Positions 38,984-51,495 of a DNA stretch of 64,000 nucleotides are shown here, piece after piece (within the stretch, counting starts at the first letter, position 1; each line of letters starts with the position of its first letter). Made by a program: the position numbers and the translations under genes. Below the pieces are notes generated by a model, which made no database searches, was not told where the DNA came from, and saw only the letters and a list, made by a program, of their open reading frames with translations. Source of the DNA: Orbicella franksi (taxonomy: Eukaryota); NCBI GenBank assembly GCA_964199315.1, contig OZ116698.1:11842001-11906000 (forward strand), written 5' to 3'.

Positions 38984-41900
38984 TTACTTTTGCGTGTTAC
39001 GACCGCGATGCACGCTGGTACTAGCTTTTGTAGGTGATATCTGCAAACAAAGTTGTTTCCTGAGCACAATATATATTGAAAGTATGTTAATAACATCAAT
39101 TATAATCTGCAACTGTGTGCTTGAGATGCGCGCGTCAAATTTACAGTTATGGAAAATGTTTCCTATAAGAATACAGTAAACATTCGCATATAAGAACACA
39201 TGATTTCGTGGTTCAGGCTGATCTAGTTCTTATTTATCGGGTGCTTAGTGAGATATCAGCCTGAAGATGTTCTTAATATGTTCTTAAACTATGTTTCAGA
39301 AATACTACACATAAGATGTTATTAGCGGTTTGGTTACCATATTTTATTATAAATAAGTAGGAAAGTAAACAAATCCGTTAATCAATAAATAAAATAACAA
39401 TCTGTCAGGTAGTAAACTAGTTAACATTAACGAGTAGAAATGTAGCACTGGTTTCAACAGTTTTTAAAAATATTTCTTACAGTCATGCTAAACCAACCGG
39501 GGCCACCATAGTCTCGCAGCAACCATAGTTACATTGCTTTCTTACTCCGACACCCTCTCCCTTATTATACAAAAACATGTTTTATTTATCAGGCTGAACT
39601 GGTTCTTATATATATGGTGCTTTATGGGCCAAATTTCTGGGCCAAATTTCAGGGCCAAATTTCATGTTCTTAATCCATTTGTTGCTATATGCAGGTGTTT
39701 ACTGTATCACGGATATTTCGCATTAAAACACCTGATCTATTGTTAATGTCTAAACCACGTATTTTGGCCCCTACAAAATACTGAACGTTACATTGTAAGT
39801 TGGCTAAAAATGTAGCTTCCCTGGTAAAGAAAAAAAAGTGTTTACACCTGAAACATTAAAAAAAAACCGGTTAAAAGAACTCAGCACAGCATTTCTTAAT
39901 GACAACAATTCAGCACTTATAACTATTTATTACATACTGATCAGAGTTCATAAGAAAATGCCAGGTAATAAATAAATACGGTATAATTCAGCTTACCTGT
40001 ACGTTACTATCTTGTTTTCTTCTCATGCTATATTTCCGAATTCTGGTGGGAAAAATACAGGATTCGAGAAATCAAAATAAAAATGAGATTTATGGGTGTG
40101 ACAAAACACCGTCCAGTTTCTTAGTTTCAAGAATTTACGTTTAGGCTTCTACTCGTATTCTGACCAATAATTACTTTACTACACAACAGAGAGAACCTGT
40201 GCTCTGAAAACCATACCAGCCTATATTATATCAATACTCAGACTGTACCTTTTTCTTCCTTGATCAAATAGCGTAAATAGTGCTAGGACAATGACCTGTT
40301 AAGAAAACGAAATACACAAGTCACTATTACACTATAATGTTTTTGAAAATAATTCTTCTTTAGTTTGTATGGTACACATGACAGGAGTCAACTTTTTGGC
40401 GGACCACTCGGGCGAAATGGTAACTACCAACATCAAAGCGAAAAAAGGCCGTTTTGAAAGGTCACTGGAGGATCCCACTCGAAAACTTTAGTCTGAATAC
40501 GACAGCATTCATAACGGTCGGACTCTCTGGCCATTGAGCGGAGGAGAGGCTAATGACGAACTAAGTCATTTATTAGGTTCATAAGCGGCCTACATGAGCT
40601 GCGTACTGCAAAGAGCAGTAATGTAAAAGGCGTACGTTACTCAAGTATTTTGATAACGATTTTGGATAAACTGTCTTAATTAAATTTTGTCACCAGCATG
40701 GGACTACACAAAATTACAAACTTGGGTGGTTTGTTATCTTCATTTCATATTACTGGATAAAGAAATATCAAAAATGCCGGCACAAGGTGCCACTTGTCGC
40801 TGGCAATGTCGAGTCTTGAACATCAAGTCCCTACATGCATCTAGTTATTTCTTTGAATTCAAACTTCTCAGAATGTGCAGAGCTTACCTGAAATCCAAGA
40901 ATTCCAGCCAAAACCTAAGGAGTGAGAGAAACAAACCGGGGAGTAAGGTGTTTTTTAAAAGACAGAATATTACTCAAAGCACGCTACTTCGTTGAGGTTA
41001 CGAAAACGGAACGTGGAATATAGGGAATGCTGCATAATGTGCTTCTGCCTGATTGCCGGCTATCTTTATCCTAGTCAATTTACAATGTCTTTCACTATAC
41101 GCCTTTGTTTTCATCGTTTGCTATTCTTTATGGAGTAGAAATACTCCTGGCTACGATACGTAACCGACACTGGCGTATTAAAAAAACAGCTCTCGAGATG
41201 TATGTGCGAGTCACCCTGCTGTGAGTGCAGAGGTTTGATTCGAAATCTGTAACAGCCAATGAAGAGTTGACGGCACTTACCACTGTTGACCACTCAAACG
41301 ATACATAATGTTCCGTCAGTCCACTGACCGTGGGTCCTAGAAAAGCACTGGTGAATAAAGAACGTTACAAAGATTAGAAAGTAGAAAAATGAAATCATGA
41401 CCATGAAGGACTCTACAGAATATGACTTGCCAACTTACCCTATGCTTGCCATGGCATTGAAAATCCCAGAGAGCACCCCATGAGTAGTAATGTCATCAGG
41501 CATTCCGTGTTCTCTGTAAGGATACAACAGCGAAGTGTAACAATTTTCATACCACACTTAATCGCAATAACTGATTAGTCACGGGCACATGTTAACCGTT
41601 CTAGCAACGATGATAACTAGCAGCTGCATAGACGCAGCTAAACTCGCGTCTGCTTAAATCTGGAGGAACCGGCACAGGTCTATTCAATGTTTTCAAGATT
41701 TTTGTTTCGAAGCAGTCTGCTTGCAGCACATCATTGAGTTCACTGGTGTGGCGGTGGCCGCCCATGCACGAACGGCCCATGCATGAACAACCTGGCTGAA
41801 ATAGGCCTCAAAGCAGCCATGGGTTTCACCTGGAGGGAGGATGCTTAGCAGTGTGTTCAGCCACACTGTATGCTTAATAGTGGTTGAGATATTCCTATTT

Positions 41901-44900
41901 CATTATTAAACCCTTCGCGTAAACTTACTATTGTTACAATATGTGCAATCTAATTTCCTTCCATTCTGAAAAAATATTTGCGCTGTGTTTTAGATCAAAG
42001 ACGGTATAAATACCTTGCCGTTTCCAGCATATCTGGCATACAAGGCACTTGATATGCACTGATGGCAATACCCAACAAAGCCATCGATACACAAACAAGC
42101 CACACCTTCCTAAAAAATACAAGACAAAAAAAAAAGGAAATGATATATCGAACAAAATAATGACCCCTGAGCGAGACTGTCAACAGGGAGTCAGCGGGAA
42201 CCTTAGTTTGGTATTTCTAATTAAATCTGTTCAATAATAATTTTCAGTCAACTGCAAGTGATTTTTTCACATTTCTCGCTGGCATGCGAGCGCGATGTTT
42301 CTACTGGCTGCCAGATGAAGTAGTAGTCTATCAGTTTGATTCTCTTTTGGTGAAATGATTCCTGAAAACAGAGCGTAGATGCATGTCTGATTATTGATCT
42401 TAACCTTTTCACCAATCGCTGGCCAATTGGTTGTACTTAGTTGAACATAGTTGTCACTACCGAGGACGATGATTTATATATCGCCAATCACCATTTGTTT
42501 TCCCCATTGCTGTTGTTTTGTTTCTCCAATTAACTCAGTGTAATGCGGCGTAATTTTAATAAGCTCGTCAAAGACAAACTCAGGTTGATATTAACTTGAA
42601 GAGCTGACGTTTCGAACGTCGGTTTTGGAGACCATAGCTGACCATTCTCTAGATTATTATGCAGTCAAGAATGGCACAAGTACCACAAACGTTATCAAGA
42701 CGACTGCCAAGTCAACTTCGCGTCCAGCTAGTTACTTAACAACTTCAATGTCGAAAGGCGCGCGCTCAGACAATTGTCAGTTGTTTTCGGGATGTTGACG
42801 CGAGGCATCTATAATTTTCGCTACATCTAGGATGAGCGTCACTCTAACCTTTGAGGAAGAAACGTAATAAATGGTGCTGGAGCAAGCAACAAAACGCCCA
42901 CGATCACAAAAACTGCACCTATTATGATGACCACGCGTGGTTTACCCTGCAAAAAGGAGGTAAGGTTCAGTAAGGGAGATACATGTAAAAGTGACAAGTT
43001 TATTATTGAAGTATTGCACATCTCGCATAAGTAGTAGAAGCCCTTTAAGCCCAACTGGCTCGTAGCTCCCGGTGCTTACTCCGGTTTCTTTAGCATTGAA
43101 TCACCTAGGGGTATTGCTACTCCTTTGGGATAACGACTCGCCGGTACCTATACTCGCTGCACGATCATGAGTGAAGAGAGGCACTGTGAGACTAGTGTCT
43201 TGCTTAGCACAATATTTCCGGCCAGGGCTTGAATCCGAACCGCTCCGCGGACCGGAGTCCAGGCCACGAACCATTAGGCCAATGCACCTCCTACAGGTCG
43301 CATTACCTCTCGACATACTCTTCAAGATAAACAGCTAAAAGAAGAGGAAGAGGAAGAACAACACTAACAAAAGGATTCAGTACTTACCGTCTTATCGCAC
43401 ATCCATCCCACCAAGGGTGCAGAGATAGCGTAACAACACGCCGAAAGAAGAAACAACAAGCCAACTTTACTAGGGCCTAAACCAAACTAGAAAATTAAAG
43501 CCAGTGTTAATGGTCTTTCAATGATTTCAAACAGTAGGAACGTATAAGAAACAGTACAGAAGAACGGATGATCACAAACTTCAGTACTGAACACAGCCTA
43601 TCTGAATTGCAGCCTGCCCACGTGATATTGTGCGTATTCCGTAGTTAAGCCTGGTTCTCCTTAGTATGCCTCTGATGCCAAGTCGTTATATTGTGCGCAG
43701 TTCGCCGTTAAGCCTAGTTCTTCTATACCTCTGATGCAAAGTGACAGGGTTAGGGTTTAGGGTTACATTTGACGCAGCCTGTACTGACTTTTGGTCCCGG
43801 TGACTATTCGGTGGCGAGGATAAACTTCAGTGTTCTCAGCAGTTTTGAAAAGGTGATTAAAGATAAGTAACTAGCGGCTACATAAGATTATACATAAGTT
43901 TGTTTTTCTAGACAAGCGTTGTATATTCAAGCCAAAACACGCCGCTACATTTGTCTTGACAGATAGTGGAAGTCCACCTGTTACTGCCTTCTAAGAACGC
44001 TGCAAAGTGCTCGAAACCTTCACGCTGTCTGTTATCTTGAAATTGATGGCTTCGGAGTTCAATTTACCGCGGGTATCAGTGTCTGCGTACTGTTTGTACG
44101 TTTTACACTACATAGTCTTATTGCCGGCATGCTGGAAATGAAACTACAAAATACCTGTAAAGTTGAGCACATGGGCGGCGCTCATCACTTGGGAGGCTGC
44201 TCACTTGCACTGGGTGCAGGATTCAAGGTAGAATCACACGTAAGAACAAGGCTTTCAAAGAGAGTCCTTAAAGGCGCTACCTCACGGCTTGCGCATCTTG
44301 TACAGTTTAGCCTAAATTCTTCAAGTTCGTCGTTTAAAATCCGTGTTTAACTTCTCCATCCTTAACCATACCTGTTCCTTTATGGTTATTATTATCTCTT
44401 TGGTGTTTTTCTATCTTAGCAAACTACTGTTTTCAGGTTTCCTTCAGTTTAAAGATAACTTTGTACGTGGCCAAAATACCTTGACTGAGCTCCTTTAAAG
44501 CCCCGTCCACAATACGCCGGATAAATTTGAAAACGGTGTTTTCAATCTGAAAACACACCTAATGTTTTCCGTCCACACTACTTCGGAGAAATCTGAAAAC
44601 GCAACTGACAATCGGCGGTCATTTAAGATTTCATTTTGTGTTTGAGGAAAACTTGGGCAGGGAAATTACAAGATTATTGGGACGGAATCGTGTTTGAGAA
44701 GCTTCGTTTTCAAAATGTTTCAGTCCACACTTAAACGTAAAGCCGGCGTTTTCAAATTACTCCGGTTTGGAGGGCGTTTTGGAAAAGCTCCGTCTTGGTG
44801 ACGGATTAGCGTGGACGGTGGCCTAAACGTAGAAATAAAGCTGCGTTTTCAAGTTACTCCGGCGTAGTGTGGACGGAGCCTGAGAGATTCCTCTTAAAGA

Positions 44901-47900
44901 AACCTTATGTGTGTCATAAACTGGGTCTGACTTGATCTCCTCTATTAAATAACTGCCCAAAATGCTCTGCTCCAGTTTACAACAAAATGTTACAGGCTGA
45001 AAACACACACTTTGTCACCAGCCTGCATATAAACAGTGCCTGTCAATGCCATGCATTGATAGTTCACTTACTTTCTTCATATATGGTGCAAACGTCGGAT
45101 CTAAATAGCCCAGTATCAGTCCTGATACAAGAATAGACAACCCTGATAATGACAACAAAAAATTGAAATTACATGTTTATATGCGCTATTCATATGTAAT
45201 ATTTAGTGTATAGTATAAAAAAGCTGATGGCAACTCAGTCTTGTGCATAGAAACACTCGTTTTACCTAACGAACACCAGCAGTGCAGATTTGTGAACAGA
45301 CAGTTACTAAAGGATGTGGTGTGCATATCAACACATGTACCTATCATGGAAATTCCTGGAATCTTTGTTGCCTGTAGTAATGATCCAGAATTCGTCTCTC
45401 TCAGGAAATCTGGAAAAGCGCAGTCAGACTTTGTGTTTACTTAAATAAATTAACACACAGTCACCTGATTTTGGCAACATCCTATTCATTTGTCAACAAA
45501 ATGGTGTTCAGATCAATGAGTGTGCTACTAGTGTTACAGAAGGAATTTCAATCACCACTGTAGAAGGTACAATAAAGCAGCCCTTGCAAAGACTGATGAA
45601 TTGAGAATGCCTGATGACACCATTTCAACTGAAAGTGGAGGGGAGATTGGGGGAGGGGGAGAGAGGAAAAGAAGATGCTGCAAAGGGGAGGGAGATGAGA
45701 CAAGAGAAGAGGAGGAGGAGAAAAGGGGAAGGGGAAGACAACAGGGGTTGAAAAGGTAAGGAAAATGAGATGAAGAAGAGAGAAAAGGAGGGAAAATGGT
45801 GTAAAAGAGAAGGAAAAAAGGTGGAGTAGGGAGATGAGAAGAAAAAAGAAGAGAGATGGGAGCAGGAGGTTTAAAATTAAGAGAAGAAAGTGGAAAAGGA
45901 GAATGGGAGGAGAGTTGAGAAATAGAACAAGGGAATAAGATGTGAAACAAAAATGAAATTAGAAGGCAGTAGAGAAGAAGCCAGGGAAGGGGAGAAGGGG
46001 AGAGTTAAGAAGGGAGGGAATGGAAAAGAAGATGAGGAAGAAAAAGGGGAGGGGGTATGGGGGAGTGAGGTGAGATGGAGATATACAAAGGAGTTACAAG
46101 GAAAGAAGCAGCGGTTAAAGCCAGTGAGTAATTGCAACTGAAAAGGGAATTGAACTATGCTGAACTCAATCTCATCAAAAGAATACTTACTCTCATCTTT
46201 TGGCAAAATGACTAAAACCACAGGGAGAATGGACAAAAGAAGACCACCCATCACAATAAATGGAAGTTTAAATCCTCCTGCCTGAAATAAAATTAACACT
46301 GAAATGTCTGCCAGTAGGTAGGGGAAGTAACAGTAATTAATGCTATAATTAATAATTATAATTATAATTAATGCACTGAATCAATTCATCTGACTCACTG
46401 AATAAAGGATTCCACCTAAGGGAGGCCCTAACATGAAGCCAAGCCCAGTGAATGTTTCCATGGCTCCCTACAAAATACAAAAAATATCCTAGAACAGCAG
46501 CAATAACATAGAATAGTAGAACCCCTGCTTTACGGCCATCCTGTTAATACGGCCACCCCATTAATACAGCCACTTTATTCGGGCCCAAACAAAAGCTCAG
46601 TCAGTCATTTTCTTATTTAAAGAACCCCTTTAATATGGCCATCCTGTCAATACAGCCAGATTTTTGTGACCCGTTGGTGACCAGATTAACAAGGTTCCAC
46701 TGTACAGGGAATTTAAAGAATACAATATTTGTAATGACTTATATAAGTTAACATGAAAATTGGAAAAAAAAAAATTGGGGAGCCAAACTGCTACCAATAA
46801 GAACTTGAAGCAAAAGCATAATAATTTATCTTCTTCCAGCAATTAACTAACTTTGTGGCAAGTACATAAATGCAAACACCATGCTTAATACAAAATATAT
46901 TTAGTCGAACCTCCTCTAAAGGAGAATTCTTAATGGTAAAACATCCCATAAGCAGACTCTTAGTCATGAATGGTCCCTGGTACCAGGTGAGTCACCTTAA
47001 TAGGAAGTTTGATAACACCTTTGTCACTTTTGGCAAGAGTACATTACATTGATAAACTGACAACATTTTGGCATGTTTGGGCATGACAAAGGAGAACCAG
47101 TCCTTACTTGAGTAGCCTTTACATACCGTCACTTTTCCAATATTGGTACCAAATTCTCCAGCCACAATTGCAAATGAGGCAGTATCTGCAGCAGCCCCAC
47201 CAAGTGCTGTCACAACACGAAGAAGAAAACAGAACACCACAAAAACTGTGCCTTTAGGAAGCATTGATACAAATCTAAAAAGGAAAGCTCAGAGTAAACA
47301 AAAGCATTTATTAATTAGAAAAAAAGTTGGTGGCTGGAATATTTAATTAAAATTCTTTATCATTAATCAGAACTCAATGGAGTTTATTTAGCATTGTTGT
47401 CTACTTTTGTGCCATTCTGTCATAAAAGGAAGATATTGGTTTAATGCAAGGCTCTGTTAGCACACTCTGCCTGTAAAAAGTCCTGTACCTTTTTATTATT
47501 ATTTTACTCAGCAGGAGACAGGATTGTGCACTGTCCAATCTGTGTTATCACTGTAAGTTCCAAAGTCTGCTCAGTAATAAAGGCTGTGTATGAAACTGTG
47601 AATACAAATTTGGACATATGTACACTTATCATGCAATATTAGTTAGGATTTTAGGGTGATGGTGTAGTTAGGAGAAACTAACTAAACTAAAAAAAAAACA
47701 TCTGTCCAGTTGTTCACGCAAGTAGATTTTCCTGCCAGGCAAAGAAGCTAAGACTTGCCTAGGGTGGGCAAAATTTGTGAGCTTATTGTCCTAAGGGCAA
47801 GCTGGAATTCGATTATTTGTTTAAACCCCAACTAAGGTGTAAATGAAGCCTTGCAAGACTTTTTAAATATTGAAATAACAGGACAGTGGTTGCATAACTG

Positions 47901-50900
47901 AATTACCCAAATAATATCTGTGACCCAGAGCACAGGAAAAGTCCTGCCGTCAGAGTGAACTTTGGACCAATAGTTGGAAGCTAAATGTTGTGGAAAAAAA
48001 ATTAAAGTAGGTTCAGTTTGAGTAAGATGTATTAAATTTAGTAAAAGAGTCATATGACTAAATGATATGGTTTTTGAAATACAGGCTCCTGCTAAATTTA
48101 AATTAGAAATGAAGTAAAGTTTATAAAATCAGCCAACCATTCATGGTTACTGGTAGACATGATCCTGTAGGTTTTAGATATGCTGATTTAAATCTGCCAA
48201 TTTTTCCTTCTTTACTTGCAAAAGGTCCTAACAGAGTGGCACCACTAGGTGTCTTGACTGAAATTATCATAGCTAAAAATACTGAAAACTTTCTGAACCC
48301 TTTCTGGATTGCATTCCAAAATTTCTTTGTGTGCTGCTACACTAAACTTTTTCTTGAATGTATCTTCATAATATTAACCAAGTACATAAACCAAGTGCGT
48401 AATTACATCCAAACATTAGACTCACCAAGACTCCTATTAATGGTGCCACTACAAAAACCACCAAGGGATAGATTCCAAAGATAAGACCAATCATGGTACC
48501 TGACGCACCCATCTCTTGAGCCTGTAATATAAAGTGGAACCCCATTAATCCGGTCAACAATAGACCACAAAATATGGCCGTATCAACAGAGTGACCATGG
48601 GGTTCTTTGAATAAGAAATTGACTAACTGAGCTTTTGTTCTGGCAAGTGTAGAGGGGCTGTAATAACAAGGTGATCATATTAACAAGGTGGCAGTAAGGT
48701 GGTGTTCTAGTGTAAAAAAAACACATCTAGTGGAAGAATTTTGTAGTTCATTGTAAAAGACTTGAAGGCAGGAGTATCACAAAGTTCATTATATGCAAAT
48801 ATTATCATTCATGAGAGGAAATAGACCCTAGTGATCTCCTTGACGGATCTTTGGATAATTTGTTGCGGTCCAGTCATTACACTTTATACTTTTTGTTTTC
48901 ATTTATAATTTTCTAGTGTTAAATTATGGTCAAATATTCCAATATGTAAGAATCAAAGGAGAAATATTATAATAAAATTAATATTGTTATATAGCTGGCG
49001 TTTTTTCTGCTACAGCACACCCATTCATAGGCTAGTTCATGGTCAAATGACATCTAACAATGAAACTGTTTCCCACACCCAAATGCCATGAGTGGGCAAC
49101 ATTGCAAAAACTATGACGTCAAACGGGAAACAGTTCACTGCTACCCATGAAATGTTGACTGCTGTTGCATGTCATTTATCAATAAGGTGATTATTTGTTT
49201 TCCACCAGTTTGACCCACTTGTTTTGCTATATAACATATCACTTAATGACTGGTCCCTTGGGGAAAAGTGAAAATTCACTGTTCCCCTCAGGACAAAATC
49301 CACTGATCTCTCAAGAAGTCTCTTTGAACAAACTACAAAGATCCTCAAGGATCTTTGCTCAGATCTTTTCCAAGATCTTTAAAATCTCCTCGCTAAGGTC
49401 TTTTAACCACTAAAATGATCTTTGAAAGAACAGTCTTATAATTGGAACTCTTTGAAAAATCTTGCAAGCCATAAAGATTGTGCACCATTTTCAACCAGGA
49501 ATGATTCTTGAAAAGGACCGATGTTAGTGTCTGCAAGATGCCTTGAGGGAGGGAGGAAGTTGCTGGGTGACAACTGTTACAAACACTCAGGCTGTTTTAG
49601 GAAAACAGCAAAATTGTGCCAGAAACCTAAAAAAATTGCTAGGTATTTTGAAACTTCTCCAAAAATCTACTGGGTGGCTAAAAAAAGGTATTAAGCTTAT
49701 TAATAATGGTAATAGGACTGAGTGGAGTCCAATTCAGTCTGTAATCATACGAGTGATTAACAAAATCGGACGACCGCGAAGCGGGAGTCCAATTTGTTAA
49801 TCACGAGTATGATTACAGACTGAATTGGATGACACGATTTCCTGTTACCAATTAATCAAAACTATGACAAAATTCGAGAAACGAACAAACCATCGATTGA
49901 TCACTGAACGATTAAACGTCGTTATGAATGTTGAAAAACACAGCAGTTTACTCAACAAAGTGCACTGCAACAGCGTGCGCAAAATGACACCTACTGTCCA
50001 ATTACAAGCATGACAATTAATACTCCAATCAGGCTGCTGATAGCCAATCACGTTCGAGAATTTTGTTATAGTTTTGATTATATGCAAAATTACATTGAAA
50101 ATACTCAGAATTGTCATGGCAATAACTTGTTACGTTATACTCCCCATCCTCTTAGTGGGCACAAAAAAAATGTGGGCGGTACCTAAGTGGCAAAGAGCAT
50201 GGCACAGAAATGGTGAAAGGAGTGCTTTTGGCACAGTGACAATTGAAGTTGGGGAAAATACATAAGCTAAATTAAAGTGTGTTAGGCCCAAAAGTATTTT
50301 CAATGATATGATCTTTGTTGGGCATTTTGCTTTCTTGGAACAATTCAACTGTATGGCTTGAGTGACCGGGGATTATCTTGCCATGACAATCTTTCTTTTG
50401 TACTCCAGCACACCTGTTTCTTATTAACAATTAGATTATTCGCTCTCGATTTCTATGAGGTGATAGTTGATGAAGCCTTGCTGGTAGAATTCCACTAGTA
50501 TACTAATGCAAATGCTGTAATCTGATTATTGCACACTATCAGCCATAAGTGTGCAGTGGCTTGGTTTGGTCGAAAAAAATTGCAACGTTTCCTCGTTTCT
50601 CCGAAGTTTTGAAAGAACAGTTAGAAACAAATAGATAATCAAATAGCTGAGAAGACTAAGAGGAGGGAATTTTCGGTTTCTTGAACTAAAAAGCTCGAAT
50701 TATTTGACAGAAACTGATAAGCGCGTGTACACAACTGCAAATGTCAAATTCACAATTCAGTCCGTGTAAATTCTCTAAAGGAAGCGTGAAGTTTAATACT
50801 AAGAGCAGAAATAATTGGAATCGTTGTTTGAAGCAAATTGCAGTTAGAATTCTACTAAAACAATTAGATTATTCGCTCTCGATTTCTGAAGCGATAGTTG

Positions 50901-51475
50901 ATGAGGCTCAAAAAGTTTGAACATTTGACAGAATTGTGGTCGTTTCGCCCGAAAACCAGTTCGCCCGATGCCAATTTTCCAGGACTGACAGTCAATCCGC
51001 CCGGACTGTTAGCTGCGTGGTCAAGGGATTAAGAACGAGAAATAAACATGTTACGTGTAAAAATTTTGTTTCAATTACTGTATGCCCACAAGGTTGTCTT
51101 TTTCGCTCGCCAGGCTTCTGTAAAGAAAGTAGAAATTTTAAGAACATCTTTCGTTGGAACTTTAAGTCCAGGCGCACTGACATCGGGCGAATAGTCGTTT
51201 CGGGCGAAAGGATTGGTTCCCAAAAGTTTTACCTCGCCGGGAAAGAAGGGAGACAGGATCGCGAATGACGCAGTAGCGGCGAAGTAAACAAGGCACAGGG
51301 CCACCAGAGTAAATTTTCTCCTTGCGGTGTTCCAGATTCCATCTCCTGCTCCGCCATCAGTACCACCCGGTGAAGGCTCCTTGAAGAAGTCATCGGAATT
51401 ATACGACGATAAACTGGAACGCTTACTCAGGTTGACACTTGGAACACGAGAATAACTGGGTTTTCGTGTTGCCAT
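38984..51475 (-). CDS. SLC18B1: MFS transporter SLC18B1-like (vesicular polyamine transporter family), 17 exons, 490 aa: 51475-51233, 48521-48426, 47980-47907, 47274-47127, 46467-46399, 46281-46191, 45409-45341, 45142-45072, 43486-43388, 42946-42849, 42109-42014, 41513-41439, 41347-41281, 40914-40888, 40295-40249, 40042-39997, 39040-38984
   Basis: All introns are GT-AG with matching phases; the total of 1473 nt ends at a stop. Motifs ILSPFFPGEA..GAS, IGPKF, ETFTGLGFMLGPPLGG, LPFIVMG, GYLDPT, GMPDDITTHGVLSGIF and AFLGPTVSG parallel the SLC18B1 sequence as I recall it. Confidence 0.9.
43055..43292 (-). mobile_element. tRNA-derived SINE in an SLC18B1 intron
   Basis: Minus strand: A box tggcctaatggtt, B-box-like ggattcaagccc, followed by the gcaagacact...ctcacagtgcctctc central domain typical of CORE/V/Meta-like SINEs. 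Confidence 0.75.
44268..44498 (+). mobile_element. TTAA-flanked MITE (Kolobok-like), copy 2
   Basis: TTAA|AGGCGCT...AGCTCCT|TTAA; homologous to 11544-11785. Confidence 0.8.
44499..44880. mobile_element. MITE, PIF/Harbinger-like
   Basis: TIR agccccgtccacaatacgccgga / tccggcgtagtgtggacggagcc, flanked by taa/tga; internal gaaaacg/cgttttc repeats. Confidence 0.75.
45636..46082. repeat. Polypurine (G/A-rich) low-complexity tract
   Basis: About 450 bp almost entirely G/A on the plus strand. Confidence 0.95.
46513..46704. mobile_element. MITE, Tc1/pogo-like
   Basis: Termini tagtagaacccc / ggttccactgta; internal ttaatacggcca repeats. Confidence 0.65.
49702..50075. repeat. Interspersed repeat with a long internal palindrome
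   Basis: gtctgtaatcatacgagtgattaacaaa...tttgttaatcacgagtatgattacagac inverted arms. Confidence 0.7.
50936..51214. mobile_element. MITE in SLC18B1 intron 1
   Basis: tttcgcccgaaa..ttcgcccgatg / catcgggcgaa..tttcgggcgaaa inverted termini. Confidence 0.7.
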
Positions 51476-51495
51476 TGTCGCAGGGCATTGCCGGT

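Noticed and set aside
45552-45950. 132-aa hydrophobic P/S/F/L-rich ORF
   Set aside because: Translation of the polypyrimidine strand of a low-complexity tract.
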